Below, one piece after another: positions 9,584 to 19,751 of a stretch of DNA of 64,000 nt. The stretch covers positions 85,452 to 149,451 of the forward strand of contig CBDCTA010000004.1 in assembly GCA_965221955.1 (NCBI GenBank), given 5' to 3'. The notes beneath the pieces were generated by a model. That model was not told where the DNA came from, made no database searches, and saw only the letters and a program-made list of their open reading frames with translations. The position numbers were made by a program, and so were the translations under genes. This DNA comes from Gammaproteobacteria bacterium. GTDB taxonomy: Bacteria > Pseudomonadota > Gammaproteobacteria > UBA4575. Each line of letters begins with the position of its first letter. The first letter of the stretch is position 1.

Positions 9584-11971
9584 TTATACTTCTGCCTGTT
9601 CAACTGCATTTTTAAATTCAGTCATATTTTGAAAACGATGTTCTGGTTTTACGCTCATCGCTTTAGATACTACATCACTAAGTTCTTGTGAAACTTCTTC
9701 ATTCTTCTCGCATACCTTCGCTGCTTTGCCTTGTACATGCTGATACATAATCGACATACTATCTTTACCAGAGTACGGAGGTTTCCCGGTTAACATTTCG
9801 TACATAATTGCACCTAAGCTGTAGATATCTGTACGCTCGTCTACTTCTTTTCCAAGTACTTGCTCAGGCGCCATATACGTCGGCGTGCCAACTAATAAGC
9901 CTGTTTTAGTTAATTTTGTATCTGTTGATTGCGTCGCTGCTGCTACACCAAAATCAACGATTTTTAAGTGATTATCTTCATTGATAAGAATATTGTTTGG
10001 TTTTAAATCACGATGCACAACATTTGCAGCATGAGCACTTTCCATTCCACTACACACGTCGAAAGTAAATTTCTTAGCTCTTTCTATATCCATTGGTTTC
10101 TTATCTTTTACTTCGGCACTTAGGGTATGACTTCTAAAATATTCCATAGAAATAGCATGCGCTTTGCCAAACGACACCATGTCATAAATACGGATAACAT
10201 TAGGATGAGTAATCTTACGTGCAAAACGGAGCTCGTAAATAAAGCGTTTAATAATGCTCTCATCAGTAACAAATTGAGTATTTAAAAACTTAAGGATAAT
10301 CTCTTCACTAATCATCGTGTCCTCAACCAAGAACACTGAACCAAATGCGCCTTTACCAATTTTCTTAATGTAGCGATAACGATCTGCCAGCATATCATCA
10401 GGTTGCATATCATCTGGATTTACCGTCTTACTTTCTATAGAAGTGTCCCCACGAGTGATCTTACCTTTCATGGTGACGGTATCTTTGCTTATATCAATCT
10501 CATCAACTTCATCTTTGAATACTTCGATGGAAGAACTATCAGGTTCTTGTTCGACAATATGGTTAATCGCTTCTTGTCCTAGCTCTTGTACCTCTTCTGA
10601 GTGATTAGCAATAACCTTGTCAATTGCCTTAACTACGAGCTCTACTTTATTTTCAGAGGTAATCACCATTAAGGTTTTAATAGCTTCTTTAATAATATTT
10701 TCTGATTTCGATTTTAATTGATTTACTGTAACCGTAATGGCCTCTTCTGCTTTTAAGGTGGCAAATGCTTTTAGCAAGACTACTATCATCGCTTCATTAT
10801 CGGGGTTATTACTCAGCATATTCACCAAGACAGGAATACACTTTTTATTACCAAGCTCTGCAAGGCCATCAATTGCTCGCTCTCTCACCCACCAGTCAGA
10901 ATCATCTAATGATTGCACCAAAGCATCAAAAGTACTTTCATCTTTAGTTGCATTAATAATTTCAATCGCTGAGCGTCGAATAAACTCGTCATCGTCTTTA
11001 ATTAATTGAATTACAGCCTGAACGACACGTTTACCACCAATTTTTCCTAGGGCATCTGCAGCCCGGCTACGTACCCACCAATCTTCATCTTTAATTGCAT
11101 TCAGAAGGTCTTTAACTGACTCTTTGCTCGCAATTTCATTTAAAACTTCGACTGCCGCTCTACGAGTATATTCAGACTCGTCTTTTAAATGAGGTATCAG
11201 ATGTAAGACGGTTTTAGGATGATTAGTTTTTACAATTGCTTCTATCGCTTTGTTTTGGACTTTATAATCAGGGTCACTGATAAGGGTACAAAGCTTTTCA
11301 ATATCATTGATCTTATTTGAACGAGCTAAGCCATCCAATGCTGCAAGACGAACGGCTTTGTTTTCGTCCGAAAGTAATTTGCTTAAAGATTCGATCACAC
11401 TCGGCATGTCAAATTTAGACATGACTTTTGTAATGTATGTGCGAATGATTGGATCTTTTGTATCCACACGGTTCACAAGCTCAGGAACGATTGTATCGTT
11501 TGCAATAGACTCTAATAATTTAAATAATGCTGCTTGGTCGTTATGCTCCAGCTTATATGCATAACGTAATAATTTTGAACCATTTACTTTTTGTTTTTGC
11601 GCTGTCAACAGACTAATTACCATCGGCTTTGAGGCATTTTGTTTTTCAAACAAATCAACAAATCGATTTGGATCAATTTCAGTAGATTTTGAGAGTGCTT
11701 CAACGACACCATCTCTCACTTGATTATTTTGGTGCGAAAATAGTGGTTTAAAATATTCAGAATTTTTAAGAGTTGCCAAGTCAGATAAAATTTGCACGAT
11801 ACTTTTGGCTTGCTCTTGGTTTGCACCTTCAAGGCGAACAGCAAGTTTTGGAATCGCTTTACCTGCTATTTTTTGGAGTTTACTCAGGTTCTTCTGATAA
11901 TCTCCACCAGAACCTTGCGAGATGATTTGATCAATCGTTCCATCTACGCGAATTGCGCCTAATACACCCAT
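9584..11971 (-). CDS. HEAT-repeat protein with C-terminal Hanks-type Ser/Thr kinase
   Basis: Tandem D.D..VR..A..AL repeats; GKGAFG, HRDLKPNN, DFG, GTPTYMAPE; no TM segment. Confidence 0.92.
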   Translation of the reverse strand: MGVLGAIRVDGTIDQIISQGSGGDYQKNLSKLQKIAGKAIPKLAVRLEGANQEQAKSIVQILSDLATLKNSEYFKPLFSHQNNQVRDGVVEALSKSTEIDPNRFVDLFEKQNASKPMVISLLTAQKQKVNGSKLLRYAYKLEHNDQAALFKLLESIANDTIVPELVNRVDTKDPIIRTYITKVMSKFDMPSVIESLSKLLSDENKAVRLAALDGLARSNKINDIEKLCTLISDPDYKVQNKAIEAIVKTNHPKTVLHLIPHLKDESEYTRRAAVEVLNEIASKESVKDLLNAIKDEDWWVRSRAADALGKIGGKRVVQAVIQLIKDDDEFIRRSAIEIINATKDESTFDALVQSLDDSDWWVRERAIDGLAELGNKKCIPVLVNMLSNNPDNEAMIVVLLKAFATLKAEEAITVTVNQLKSKSENIIKEAIKTLMVITSENKVELVVKAIDKVIANHSEEVQELGQEAINHIVEQEPDSSSIEVFKDEVDEIDISKDTVTMKGKITRGDTSIESKTVNPDDMQPDDMLADRYRYIKKIGKGAFGSVFLVEDTMISEEIILKFLNTQFVTDESIIKRFIYELRFARKITHPNVIRIYDMVSFGKAHAISMEYFRSHTLSAEVKDKKPMDIERAKKFTFDVCSGMESAHAANVVHRDLKPNNILINEDNHLKIVDFGVAAATQSTDTKLTKTGLLVGTPTYMAPEQVLGKEVDERTDIYSLGAIMYEMLTGKPPYSGKDSMSIMYQHVQGKAAKVCEKNEEVSQELSDVVSKAMSVKPEHRFQNMTEFKNAVEQAEV

Positions 11972-12155
11972 ATTTCCTAGTAGCTTGTTTGTTTACTTAA
12001 TTTTTAACTGTGAAATTTGCGAGCTCATTTAGCCCGAACCCGTCCCCCTCACATAGCCTAAATCTGGCTTTGAGAAACGGCTATATCTATCTGAAATATA
12101 GTAGTATATTCCTCAACCCGTTGAGTTTACCTTGCCTAGTGAGCCAGGTCATGGA

Positions 12156-12641
12156 TTACAGGATTTTGGCCGACCAAATCACGAGATGCAGGGATAGCAG
12201 GCTGTAAAAAGCAGCAAGGACATCGTCTAGCATGATCCCTAGTCCTCCCTTGACACGTTTGTCTAGAATTGAGATTGGCCAAGGCTTCCAGATATCGAAT
12301 AGACGAAATAAGAGAAACCCCATTACCACCCAATACCACGTTACTGGCACGAAGAGCATGGTAATTAAATAGCCCACTATCTCATCAATCACGATACCGG
12401 GGTGATCATGCACATTGAGTGCATTTGCTGTCAGGCCAGCGGCCCAACAACCTACAAAGAATAATGTAGTTAAAAAAATCAAATAAATAATGGGTGAGAA
12501 AGCAGTCACAAGTAAAAATATCGGAATAGCAACTAGAGTCCCCATCGTTCCAGGAGCAATCGGCGAAAAACCTGCCCCAAATCCAAACGAAAACATATGT
12601 ACTGGATTGCGTAAAACAATTTGTCTAATAATGTCTGACAT
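12156..12641 (-). CDS. pgpA: phosphatidylglycerophosphatase A
   Basis: APGTMGT, DHPGIVIDEIVG, FRLFDIWKPWPI, GIMLDD. Confidence 0.95.
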   Translation of the reverse strand: MSDIIRQIVLRNPVHMFSFGFGAGFSPIAPGTMGTLVAIPIFLLVTAFSPIIYLIFLTTLFFVGCWAAGLTANALNVHDHPGIVIDEIVGYLITMLFVPVTWYWVVMGFLLFRLFDIWKPWPISILDKRVKGGLGIMLDDVLAAFYSLLSLHLVIWSAKIL

Positions 12642-12646
12642 CTTCG

Positions 12647-13613
12647 TTACGTAAAATGATCAAAGCCAAGTGGTTTGGGTAAGCCCATTGGTTTGCCTTT
12701 ATTTAGCAGACAAATGTTTGATCCTGTCACTATTTTTCCTATTTCGGTAACCATAATGCTTTGAGCGACAAATATTTGTTCCAGTTTATCTTGATCTTTT
12801 GATTTGATAGTAAAAATAAGTTGATAATCTTCACCTGAGCTCAAAACGTTGCTTACCACTTCAGAATCTTTTAAATAGCTATTGTAATTGTTTTGAAATA
12901 GGTATTTTCTCTACATCGATTACAGCACCTTTGTTGCTCGCCGAAAGCAAGCGATTTAAGTCGATCAAAAAACCATCTGAAATATCTATAGCTGCATTTG
13001 CAATTCCTGTGATTAGTCTGGATACATCGAGTCTAGGCGTCGGTTGTTGAAGATGAGTTAAGAAATAGTCTTGATCCTTTTGGTTAACATTTAAATCATT
13101 ATCATTTTTAAGCTTTAGCCCAAACCCTGCATCACCAAGATATCCAGTCACATAAAGCAAATCATCAACTTGACAATTATTACGTAATAATGATTGTTCA
13201 TCTTTTAAATATCCAATTACTTGAATAGTGATCGATAAAGGTCCCTTGACAAGATCGCCACCAATAAGTCGCACACCATGTTGTTCTGCTAAGTTATATA
13301 ATCCATCAGAAAATCTTTTTAACCAATGATGGTCAACTTCAGATAAAGATAAACTTAACGTTGCCCATAAAGGTATTGCACCCATCGCTGCAATGTCACT
13401 TAAACTAACAGCAAGTGATTTATGACCAACATATTTTGCATCACAGTCTGCTAAAAAATGTATGCCTACGTTAAGTGTATCTGTAGTAACAACAAGTTTT
13501 GAATTCTCAGGTGGATTTACTACTGCTGCATCATCTCCAACTCCTACTATTACAGACTTAGAGGCTGTTTGATGCCGTGAAAAATACTTATCGATTAAAG
13601 TTTGTTCAGTCAA
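12647..13613 (-). CDS. thiL: thiamine-monophosphate kinase, apparent frameshift near 12880
   Basis: GVGDDAA, SDIAAMGA, GGD, DISDG in the first ORF; SGEDYQL and GFDHF in the second ORF. Confidence 0.9.
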
Positions 13614-13633
13614 GCCGAGATATCTATCAGAGT

Positions 13634-14041
13634 TTAGATTCGTAATTCCACTACTTTATCTAGCACACCATTAACAAACTTATAACCTTCAACCGAACCA
13701 AATTTTTTACATAAATTAATTGCCTCCGAAAGTACGACTTTTATCGGAGTTTCTGGCTTATGCATTATTTCATAGGTAGCAAAAAGTAAAATAGCTTTCT
13801 CGATTGGGTCAATCTGCTCAGAGGGTAAATTTAAATAGGGTGAAAAGGTACTAGTAAGTGACCGCTCTTGACCAATAGATTCGCTTACTAAATCAACAAA
13901 ATAATCTTTATCTACCTTATGCCAATTTTCATCTTCAACATATTGCGCTAACAACTCATCTATACTGTTCCCACTCAATTGCCACTGATATAGAGCCTGC
14001 AGTGCTAATCTTCGTGACCAATGACGTTTTTGTGGTTGCAC
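13634..14041 (-). CDS. nusB: transcription antitermination factor NusB
   Basis: RRLALQALYQW, EAINLCKKFG, KFVNGVLD. Confidence 0.95.
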   Translation of the reverse strand: MQPQKRHWSRRLALQALYQWQLSGNSIDELLAQYVEDENWHKVDKDYFVDLVSESIGQERSLTSTFSPYLNLPSEQIDPIEKAILLFATYEIMHKPETPIKVVLSEAINLCKKFGSVEGYKFVNGVLDKVVELRI

Positions 14042-14056
14042 AGATCGCTCTTATCA

Positions 14057-14530
14057 CTAGATAGACTTAAGAGCATTAATCATTTCTAGCACACATAAAG
14101 CCGCATCACGCCCTTTGTTATGCTCAATATTTGTTGTAGAAGATCTCTCTAATGCTTGTTCAGTGCTATCCGTTGTTAATACACCAAACGCAATCGGAAT
14201 ATTGGTTTCTAGGTTCGCTTGCTGAATTCCAGCTGATACGCCATTACAAACATACTCAAAATGAGGCGTGTCTCCTCGTATAACACAACCCAATGCAATC
14301 ACTGCATCATAGTCGCTCTTGGCTAATATTTTACTAGCTAGAGGCAATTCAAATGCACCAGGAACATGCATTTGAAAAATATCAGTTTCACTAACATCGT
14401 TATCTAATAAGGTTTGATGCGCAGCAGTACGCATTGCCTCAACAATCTCACCGTTAAAACGTGCAGCAACAATAGCAATTTTTTTATTCTTGCCAGAGTA
14501 ATTTGCCCCTATAGTTTCACTATGTTTCAT
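14057..14530 (-). CDS. ribH: 6,7-dimethyl-8-ribityllumazine synthase
   Basis: ARFN, VPGAFELP, GCVIRGDTPHFEYV. Confidence 0.96.
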   Translation of the reverse strand: MKHSETIGANYSGKNKKIAIVAARFNGEIVEAMRTAAHQTLLDNDVSETDIFQMHVPGAFELPLASKILAKSDYDAVIALGCVIRGDTPHFEYVCNGVSAGIQQANLETNIPIAFGVLTTDSTEQALERSSTTNIEHNKGRDAALCVLEMINALKSI

Positions 14531-14540
14531 AATTTATCTT

Positions 14541-15137
14541 TCATGATTTGGCTTGAATAATACGCTCTAAATACCTAGCGATTAAATCAACTTCAATGTT
14601 TACTCTATCTTGAACTTTAATCGCATTTAGCGTCGTATTCGTTAATGTATGCGGAATAATTGTGATGCAACACTGGTCACCTTTGACTTTATTAACAGTC
14701 AAACTGACTCCATTGATGCAAATGGAACCTTTAACCGCAATATACTTACTCAAATTTTCAGGTGCTTGGATCCATAAAATAGTTTCATTTTCCTTGTCTT
14801 CACGCTGTACTAAAGCACCTAAACCATCAACATGTCCACTAACAAAGTGTCCTCCAAGACGCGTTGAAGGGGTAACTGCGCGTTCTAAATTTACTTGACT
14901 ATTATCTGAAATATAACCAAAGCTAGTACATTTTTGCGTCTCTTGTGACACATCAACATAGAATGAATCAGCTTGAACATCATAAGCAGTTAAGCATACC
15001 CCATTTACTGCAATACTATCGCCTTGTTGTACTCCTTGAATAAAATCATTAGATGCTTGAATCTGATATTGATGAATGTCTTGTTTATTGGCAACACTAT
15101 GAATATTACCAACTTCTTCAATGATACCGGTAAACAT
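14541..15137 (-). CDS. ribE: riboflavin synthase alpha chain
   Basis: MFTGII, GDSIAVNGVCLT, GGHFVSGHVDG, NIEVD. Confidence 0.96.
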   Translation of the reverse strand: MFTGIIEEVGNIHSVANKQDIHQYQIQASNDFIQGVQQGDSIAVNGVCLTAYDVQADSFYVDVSQETQKCTSFGYISDNSQVNLERAVTPSTRLGGHFVSGHVDGLGALVQREDKENETILWIQAPENLSKYIAVKGSICINGVSLTVNKVKGDQCCITIIPHTLTNTTLNAIKVQDRVNIEVDLIARYLERIIQAKS

Positions 15138-15140
15138 AGT

Positions 15141-15713
15141 TCAGCTAATTAAATCGATAGTATAAGAAGTTAAAGGTAAGGCTGTAGCATTGTTAAATGT
15201 TGCACCTGCTTCAACACCGACTTTTGCAATCTCTTCAGCATTGTCTAAACGATCATAAATCGCATACATCGCCCCTAATGCAATATCTCCCCCTGAGCCA
15301 ACCGCCCAAAATCTCGAGTATTCGAATACTTCACGCAATGCATATACAGCATAAATACCATGTGGGTTAATTAACAATGTATCAATCCTTGATGACTCGT
15401 AAGGATCTTCCTCCTCATCTTTCGGATTTAAATAGTATTCTTCTTTAAGCACAGGATGTAATTTACGAAATGACTCAAAAATCTCTAATTGAGAACTGAA
15501 ATTTAAATCCTTTCCATGCTTAGCTAACAAGCTTTGTATAACAATATGATGCGCAGCACTTCCAACTATTCCGAAATAATTGCCCTGGTGTAAATATATT
15601 TTGTCGTGTGTATTGTCAAACTCGCTAGATTGCTTGACTTCGCCAAAAGTAGTAAGCGTATCTGCTGCAATACACGCCTTACCATTCTTTTTAACTGCTA
15701 CGATTGTGGACAT
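15141..15713 (-). CDS. proteasome-beta/HslV-like Ntn hydrolase (BPH-like)
   Basis: (M)STIVAV...IAADTLTTFG, DKI, GIVGS, AVGSGG..ALGAM: proteasome beta-subunit-like pattern. Confidence 0.75.
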   Translation of the reverse strand: MSTIVAVKKNGKACIAADTLTTFGEVKQSSEFDNTHDKIYLHQGNYFGIVGSAAHHIVIQSLLAKHGKDLNFSSQLEIFESFRKLHPVLKEEYYLNPKDEEEDPYESSRIDTLLINPHGIYAVYALREVFEYSRFWAVGSGGDIALGAMYAIYDRLDNAEEIAKVGVEAGATFNNATALPLTSYTIDLIS

Positions 15714-15719
15714 CTTTTT

Positions 15720-16838
15720 TTACACAAATACGGGTTTAACTTGTAGTTTTATATCAGCGCCTACCTTTCTTAGGTCATTAATTTGTAATTCAATGCGGTC
15801 TTGCATCGAATGAATAGGCAAAAATTTAGCTAAACCCTGGCCTTCATCTCCCATAATGTGTGGAGCCATATAAATGATCATTTCATCTACTAGTTTTTCT
15901 TTAAGCAAACTTCCAACCAAAGTTGGACCAGATTCCACTAGTATTTCATTAAATTCTCTATGTGCAAGATCTTCTAATACAGCCACTAGGTCTACATGTT
16001 CATTTGTGCTATTCACTTTGACAATTTCTACATTAAGTTTTCTCAGTGTTTCTAGTTTTTCATTATCTTGCGAGCATGTATATATAATTACTTCTTCAGC
16101 CTGATTCAATATTTTAGCATTCGCTGAAATGCGAAGCTGACTATCGAGTATGACGCGTTTTGGTTGTTGTATATCTTGATCAATACCTAAATCATGTTTA
16201 GAAAGTCTGACGGTTAATTTCGGATCGTCTGCTAATACAGTATCGATGCCTGTGATAATTGCGCAACTTCTTGCACGTAGTTTCTGCACATCTAAACGTG
16301 ACTCTTCACTGGTAATCCATTTACTTTCACCAGACTGAAGTGCTGTTTTACCATCAAGACTGATTGCTGACTTAATCGTCACATAAGGCCGATTAATAGA
16401 AACACGTTGAATAAAACCTTTATTAAGCTCAGTAGCTTCAGAGTTTAAAATATCACAAGCAGTATCGATATTATTTTCTTGTAAATACTTGAGCCCTTTT
16501 CCATTTACCAATGGATTTGGATCTTGCATGGCAGCCACAACACGCCCCACCTTGGCGTTAACTAAAGCTTCTATACAAGGTGGTGTTTTACCATGATGTG
16601 TACAAGGCTCAAGTGTGACATATACCGTAGAGTTTTCAGCACTTCCTTTAATACTTTCTAGTGCATTAATCTCTGCATGTGGTTGCCCAGGATATGCGTG
16701 AAAACCTTGTCCGATAACTTCATTTTGCTGCACGATCACACAGCCCACCCTGGGGTTGTTACGTGTTGTATACAAACCTTTTTTGGCTAAGCGCAAAGCT
16801 TGGGCCATATAGGCATAGTCATAGTGTGTTTTATTCAT
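15720..16838 (-). CDS. ribD: bifunctional riboflavin deaminase/reductase
   Basis: NPRVGCV, HAE, TLEPCTHHGKTPPC, SLDG, SKWIT. Confidence 0.96.
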   Translation of the reverse strand: MNKTHYDYAYMAQALRLAKKGLYTTRNNPRVGCVIVQQNEVIGQGFHAYPGQPHAEINALESIKGSAENSTVYVTLEPCTHHGKTPPCIEALVNAKVGRVVAAMQDPNPLVNGKGLKYLQENNIDTACDILNSEATELNKGFIQRVSINRPYVTIKSAISLDGKTALQSGESKWITSEESRLDVQKLRARSCAIITGIDTVLADDPKLTVRLSKHDLGIDQDIQQPKRVILDSQLRISANAKILNQAEEVIIYTCSQDNEKLETLRKLNVEIVKVNSTNEHVDLVAVLEDLAHREFNEILVESGPTLVGSLLKEKLVDEMIIYMAPHIMGDEGQGLAKFLPIHSMQDRIELQINDLRKVGADIKLQVKPVFV

Positions 16839-16870
16839 ACTGACGATTTGCCAGTCATACAATAGACTTT

Positions 16871-17389
16871 TTAGTGAGTTTTTTTATCACTATCTTCAGT
16901 GATGAGCGATAGCTGACTCTTAAGCATTTCAGGTGTTAAATCGTTTTCAACGCGATCAATTATATCTTTAAAGGCTTGCACATCCTCGAAACTCATATAC
17001 ACCGACGCAAAACGAACATAAGCGACTTGATCTAAAGAACGTAGCTCTTGCATAACCCATTCACCAATAACTTTAGCAGGAATCTCTCGTTCTCCTACAC
17101 CAAGTGCTTTGCGGGAAATATGATTGATTGCAGCATCGATATGCTCCGTTGCAACAGGTCTCTTTTCACACGCAAGTATGATGCCCTTTCGAAGTTTTTC
17201 TTCATTAAAAGGTTCTCTACGCCCATCATGTTTAACCACCCTTGGTAGGTTCCTTTCTGCTGTCTCAAAGGTGGTAAACCGTTCATTGCAATCCAAGCAT
17301 TCACGCCGTCTACGAACTTGATAGCCCTCATTAGCAAGTCTTGAGTCTATGACTTTGGTTTCTTCTGAGCGGCAGAAAGGACAATGCAT
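16871..17389 (-). CDS. nrdR: transcriptional repressor NrdR
   Basis: [27 protein letters not shown] cone, [10 protein letters not shown]. Confidence 0.97.
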   Translation of the reverse strand: MHCPFCRSEETKVIDSRLANEGYQVRRRRECLDCNERFTTFETAERNLPRVVKHDGRREPFNEEKLRKGIILACEKRPVATEHIDAAINHISRKALGVGEREIPAKVIGEWVMQELRSLDQVAYVRFASVYMSFEDVQAFKDIIDRVENDLTPEMLKSQLSLITEDSDKKTH

Positions 17390-17425
17390 TTTCTAAACGC
17401 AAGACTTAACTAGAATTTAAGTATC

Positions 17426-18706
17426 TTAGGCTACTGCTTGTTGCTCAGAGCTTGAACGATATACAGGAAAACGTTTACATAGATCTAACACTTGACCCTT
17501 AACTCGATCAATTGTGCTGGTATCTTCCAGATTATCCAAGATATCGCAGATCCAGTTCACTAACTCTTTGCATTCTTGTTCTTTAAAGCCTCGAGTCGTT
17601 GCTGCTGGTGTACCAATACGCAAACCACTTGTTACAAATGGTGACTGCGGATCACCAGGAACCGTATTTTTATTAACAGTAATGTTAGCTTTTCCGAGAG
17701 CAGCATCTGCATCTTTACCGGTAATCCCTTTATCGATCAGGTCTACCAAGAACAAATGATCATCTGTGCCACCAGAAACAATTTTATATCCACGATCCAT
17801 GAATTGCTGCGCCATGGCTTTTGCATTATTTAGTACTTGCTGCTGATACTCTTTAAACTCAGGCTGCAATGCTTCCAAAAATGCTACTGCCTTACCGGCA
17901 ATAACGTGCATCAATGGACCCCCTTGAGTGCCTGGAAATACCATAGAATTTAACTTCTTAGTAATATCTTCGTTTTCTTTGGCTAGAATAATTCCGCCAC
18001 GTGGTCCACGTAATGTTTTGTGAGTAGTTGATGTCACAACATCTGCAATTGGAACTGGATTTGGATATAAACCTGCAGCAATAAGACCCGATACATGCGC
18101 CATGTCTACGAAGAATATCGCGCCTACCTCATCACAAATATCGCGGAAACGCTGCCAATCCCACACGCGTGAATAAGCAGAAAAACCTGCAACAATCATT
18201 TTCGGTTTATGCTCTCTCGCGAGACGTTCTACTTCCTCATAATCCACTTCACCAGTGTCAGGGTTCAATCCATATTGAACTGCATTAAAGATTTTTCCAG
18301 AGAAGTTAACCGGACAACCATGTGTTAAATGGCCACCATGCGACAAAGATAAACCCATGATCGTGTCATGTGGTTCTAACAAGGCAAAATATACCGCAGC
18401 ATTTGCTTGTGAACCTGAATGAGGTTGCACATTGGCATAATCTGCAGAAAATAATTTTTTTAAGCGATCAATTGCAAGTTGTTCAGCAATATCTACATAC
18501 TCACATCCGCCGTAATAACGCTTTGCAGGATAACCTTCTGCATATTTGTTAGTTAGCACAGAACCTTGTGCTTCCATCACGCGTGGACTTGTGTAGTTTT
18601 CAGATGCAATAAGTTCTACATGTTCTTCTTGACGGCGAATTTCTGACTTAATCGCTTCAGTCAGTTCCTTGTCAAAATTGGCAATTGTCATGTCGGCTGT
18701 AAACAT
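17426..18706 (-). CDS. glyA: serine hydroxymethyltransferase
   Basis: [31 protein letters not shown]. Confidence 0.98.
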   Translation of the reverse strand: MFTADMTIANFDKELTEAIKSEIRRQEEHVELIASENYTSPRVMEAQGSVLTNKYAEGYPAKRYYGGCEYVDIAEQLAIDRLKKLFSADYANVQPHSGSQANAAVYFALLEPHDTIMGLSLSHGGHLTHGCPVNFSGKIFNAVQYGLNPDTGEVDYEEVERLAREHKPKMIVAGFSAYSRVWDWQRFRDICDEVGAIFFVDMAHVSGLIAAGLYPNPVPIADVVTSTTHKTLRGPRGGIILAKENEDITKKLNSMVFPGTQGGPLMHVIAGKAVAFLEALQPEFKEYQQQVLNNAKAMAQQFMDRGYKIVSGGTDDHLFLVDLIDKGITGKDADAALGKANITVNKNTVPGDPQSPFVTSGLRIGTPAATTRGFKEQECKELVNWICDILDNLEDTSTIDRVKGQVLDLCKRFPVYRSSSEQQAVA

Positions 18707-18904
18707 CGCGAGCTCTCCTGCTGGAATTTCTATAATTTATTAGGGTTAATAGACTGAACTAAGAATTATAGCCCAAATACGTGTGATTATTAGAAAATTA
18801 TGCCTGATTTCAGGTGTTTAGCCCCTAATAAGGACTTCAATTACGGTCTTTATCTGCCAATGGAGATAGCAAATAGATGAGTGAGAGAAGGGTTGAATAT
18901 GGAT

Positions 18905-19522
18905 TTAAAATTTAAACTTAAGTTTTGTAGAGAGGTAGTCAATATCAGAATTATCCATTTGATAACGCTCCCATTCTGCGCTGACTCCAAACCTAGTATT
19001 TAAGTCATAGTTTGCGCCTAAGCCATAAAAAATATCCGTGCCACGACTACGCCCCAAATACTTTTCACTCGCTTCATAGTAATTAGAATCAATTTCCCAA
19101 TTAAATAAACCACCTTTCATATATAGAACACCGCTTTCATTGATGGGATAACTACTTATCCCAGAAATAAATAAGGCATTTGAGCCAAAGTTTTCTGTGT
19201 GATTCTCAGGAAACCAAAGCGAAGATCCGGCAAACATATTATCGATGCCAAACGAAAGATCATCTTGATATTCGAGCTGTAAAGAAAAGCGTTCGGTACC
19301 ACGGTACCCACCATACAAAGAAAGACTATTTTTATATGGATCAGTTTGATAGGTATAAAAACTGTCCACAGTTAGGCTTTCATAAGACAGACTATCTGGG
19401 GATGGCAGAATTTCTTTTTCACTTACATTTGCACCAACGTACCACTCTGCTTGCACACTCGCGCATATGAAGAGTATCAAAGCTGAAAAAGAATTAAGTA
19501 TACTTTTATTAAAATTGTGCAT
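18905..19522 (-). CDS. small outer-membrane beta-barrel (OmpA-like membrane domain)
   Basis: Signal peptide, WYVG, YGGYR, YGLGANY, AEWERY, C-terminal Phe. Confidence 0.8.
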   Translation of the reverse strand: MHNFNKSILNSFSALILFICASVQAEWYVGANVSEKEILPSPDSLSYESLTVDSFYTYQTDPYKNSLSLYGGYRGTERFSLQLEYQDDLSFGIDNMFAGSSLWFPENHTENFGSNALFISGISSYPINESGVLYMKGGLFNWEIDSNYYEASEKYLGRSRGTDIFYGLGANYDLNTRFGVSAEWERYQMDNSDIDYLSTKLKFKF

Positions 19523-19751
19523 AATGTGTTCGATTCTACCATAAGCCTTTTAGGGCTTTGTTGTAGAGTTAATTATAGAATAACCGCGTGAGAAAGAGAC
19601 ATATTAAACTTACAATAATTGACTAAATTAACGTTTTTTTGACGGAAATCCCGACAAAAAGCATCGAATTAGACCGTTCATTTTCACTACTTAAAGGTTG
19701 ATAATTAATACCCATCAGTCACATAAGTGAATCAGATTTAAGAAAAACGCA

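Noticed and set aside
18707-18904. Possible ZTP or glycine riboswitch upstream of glyA
   Set aside because: No consensus motifs were found by eye.
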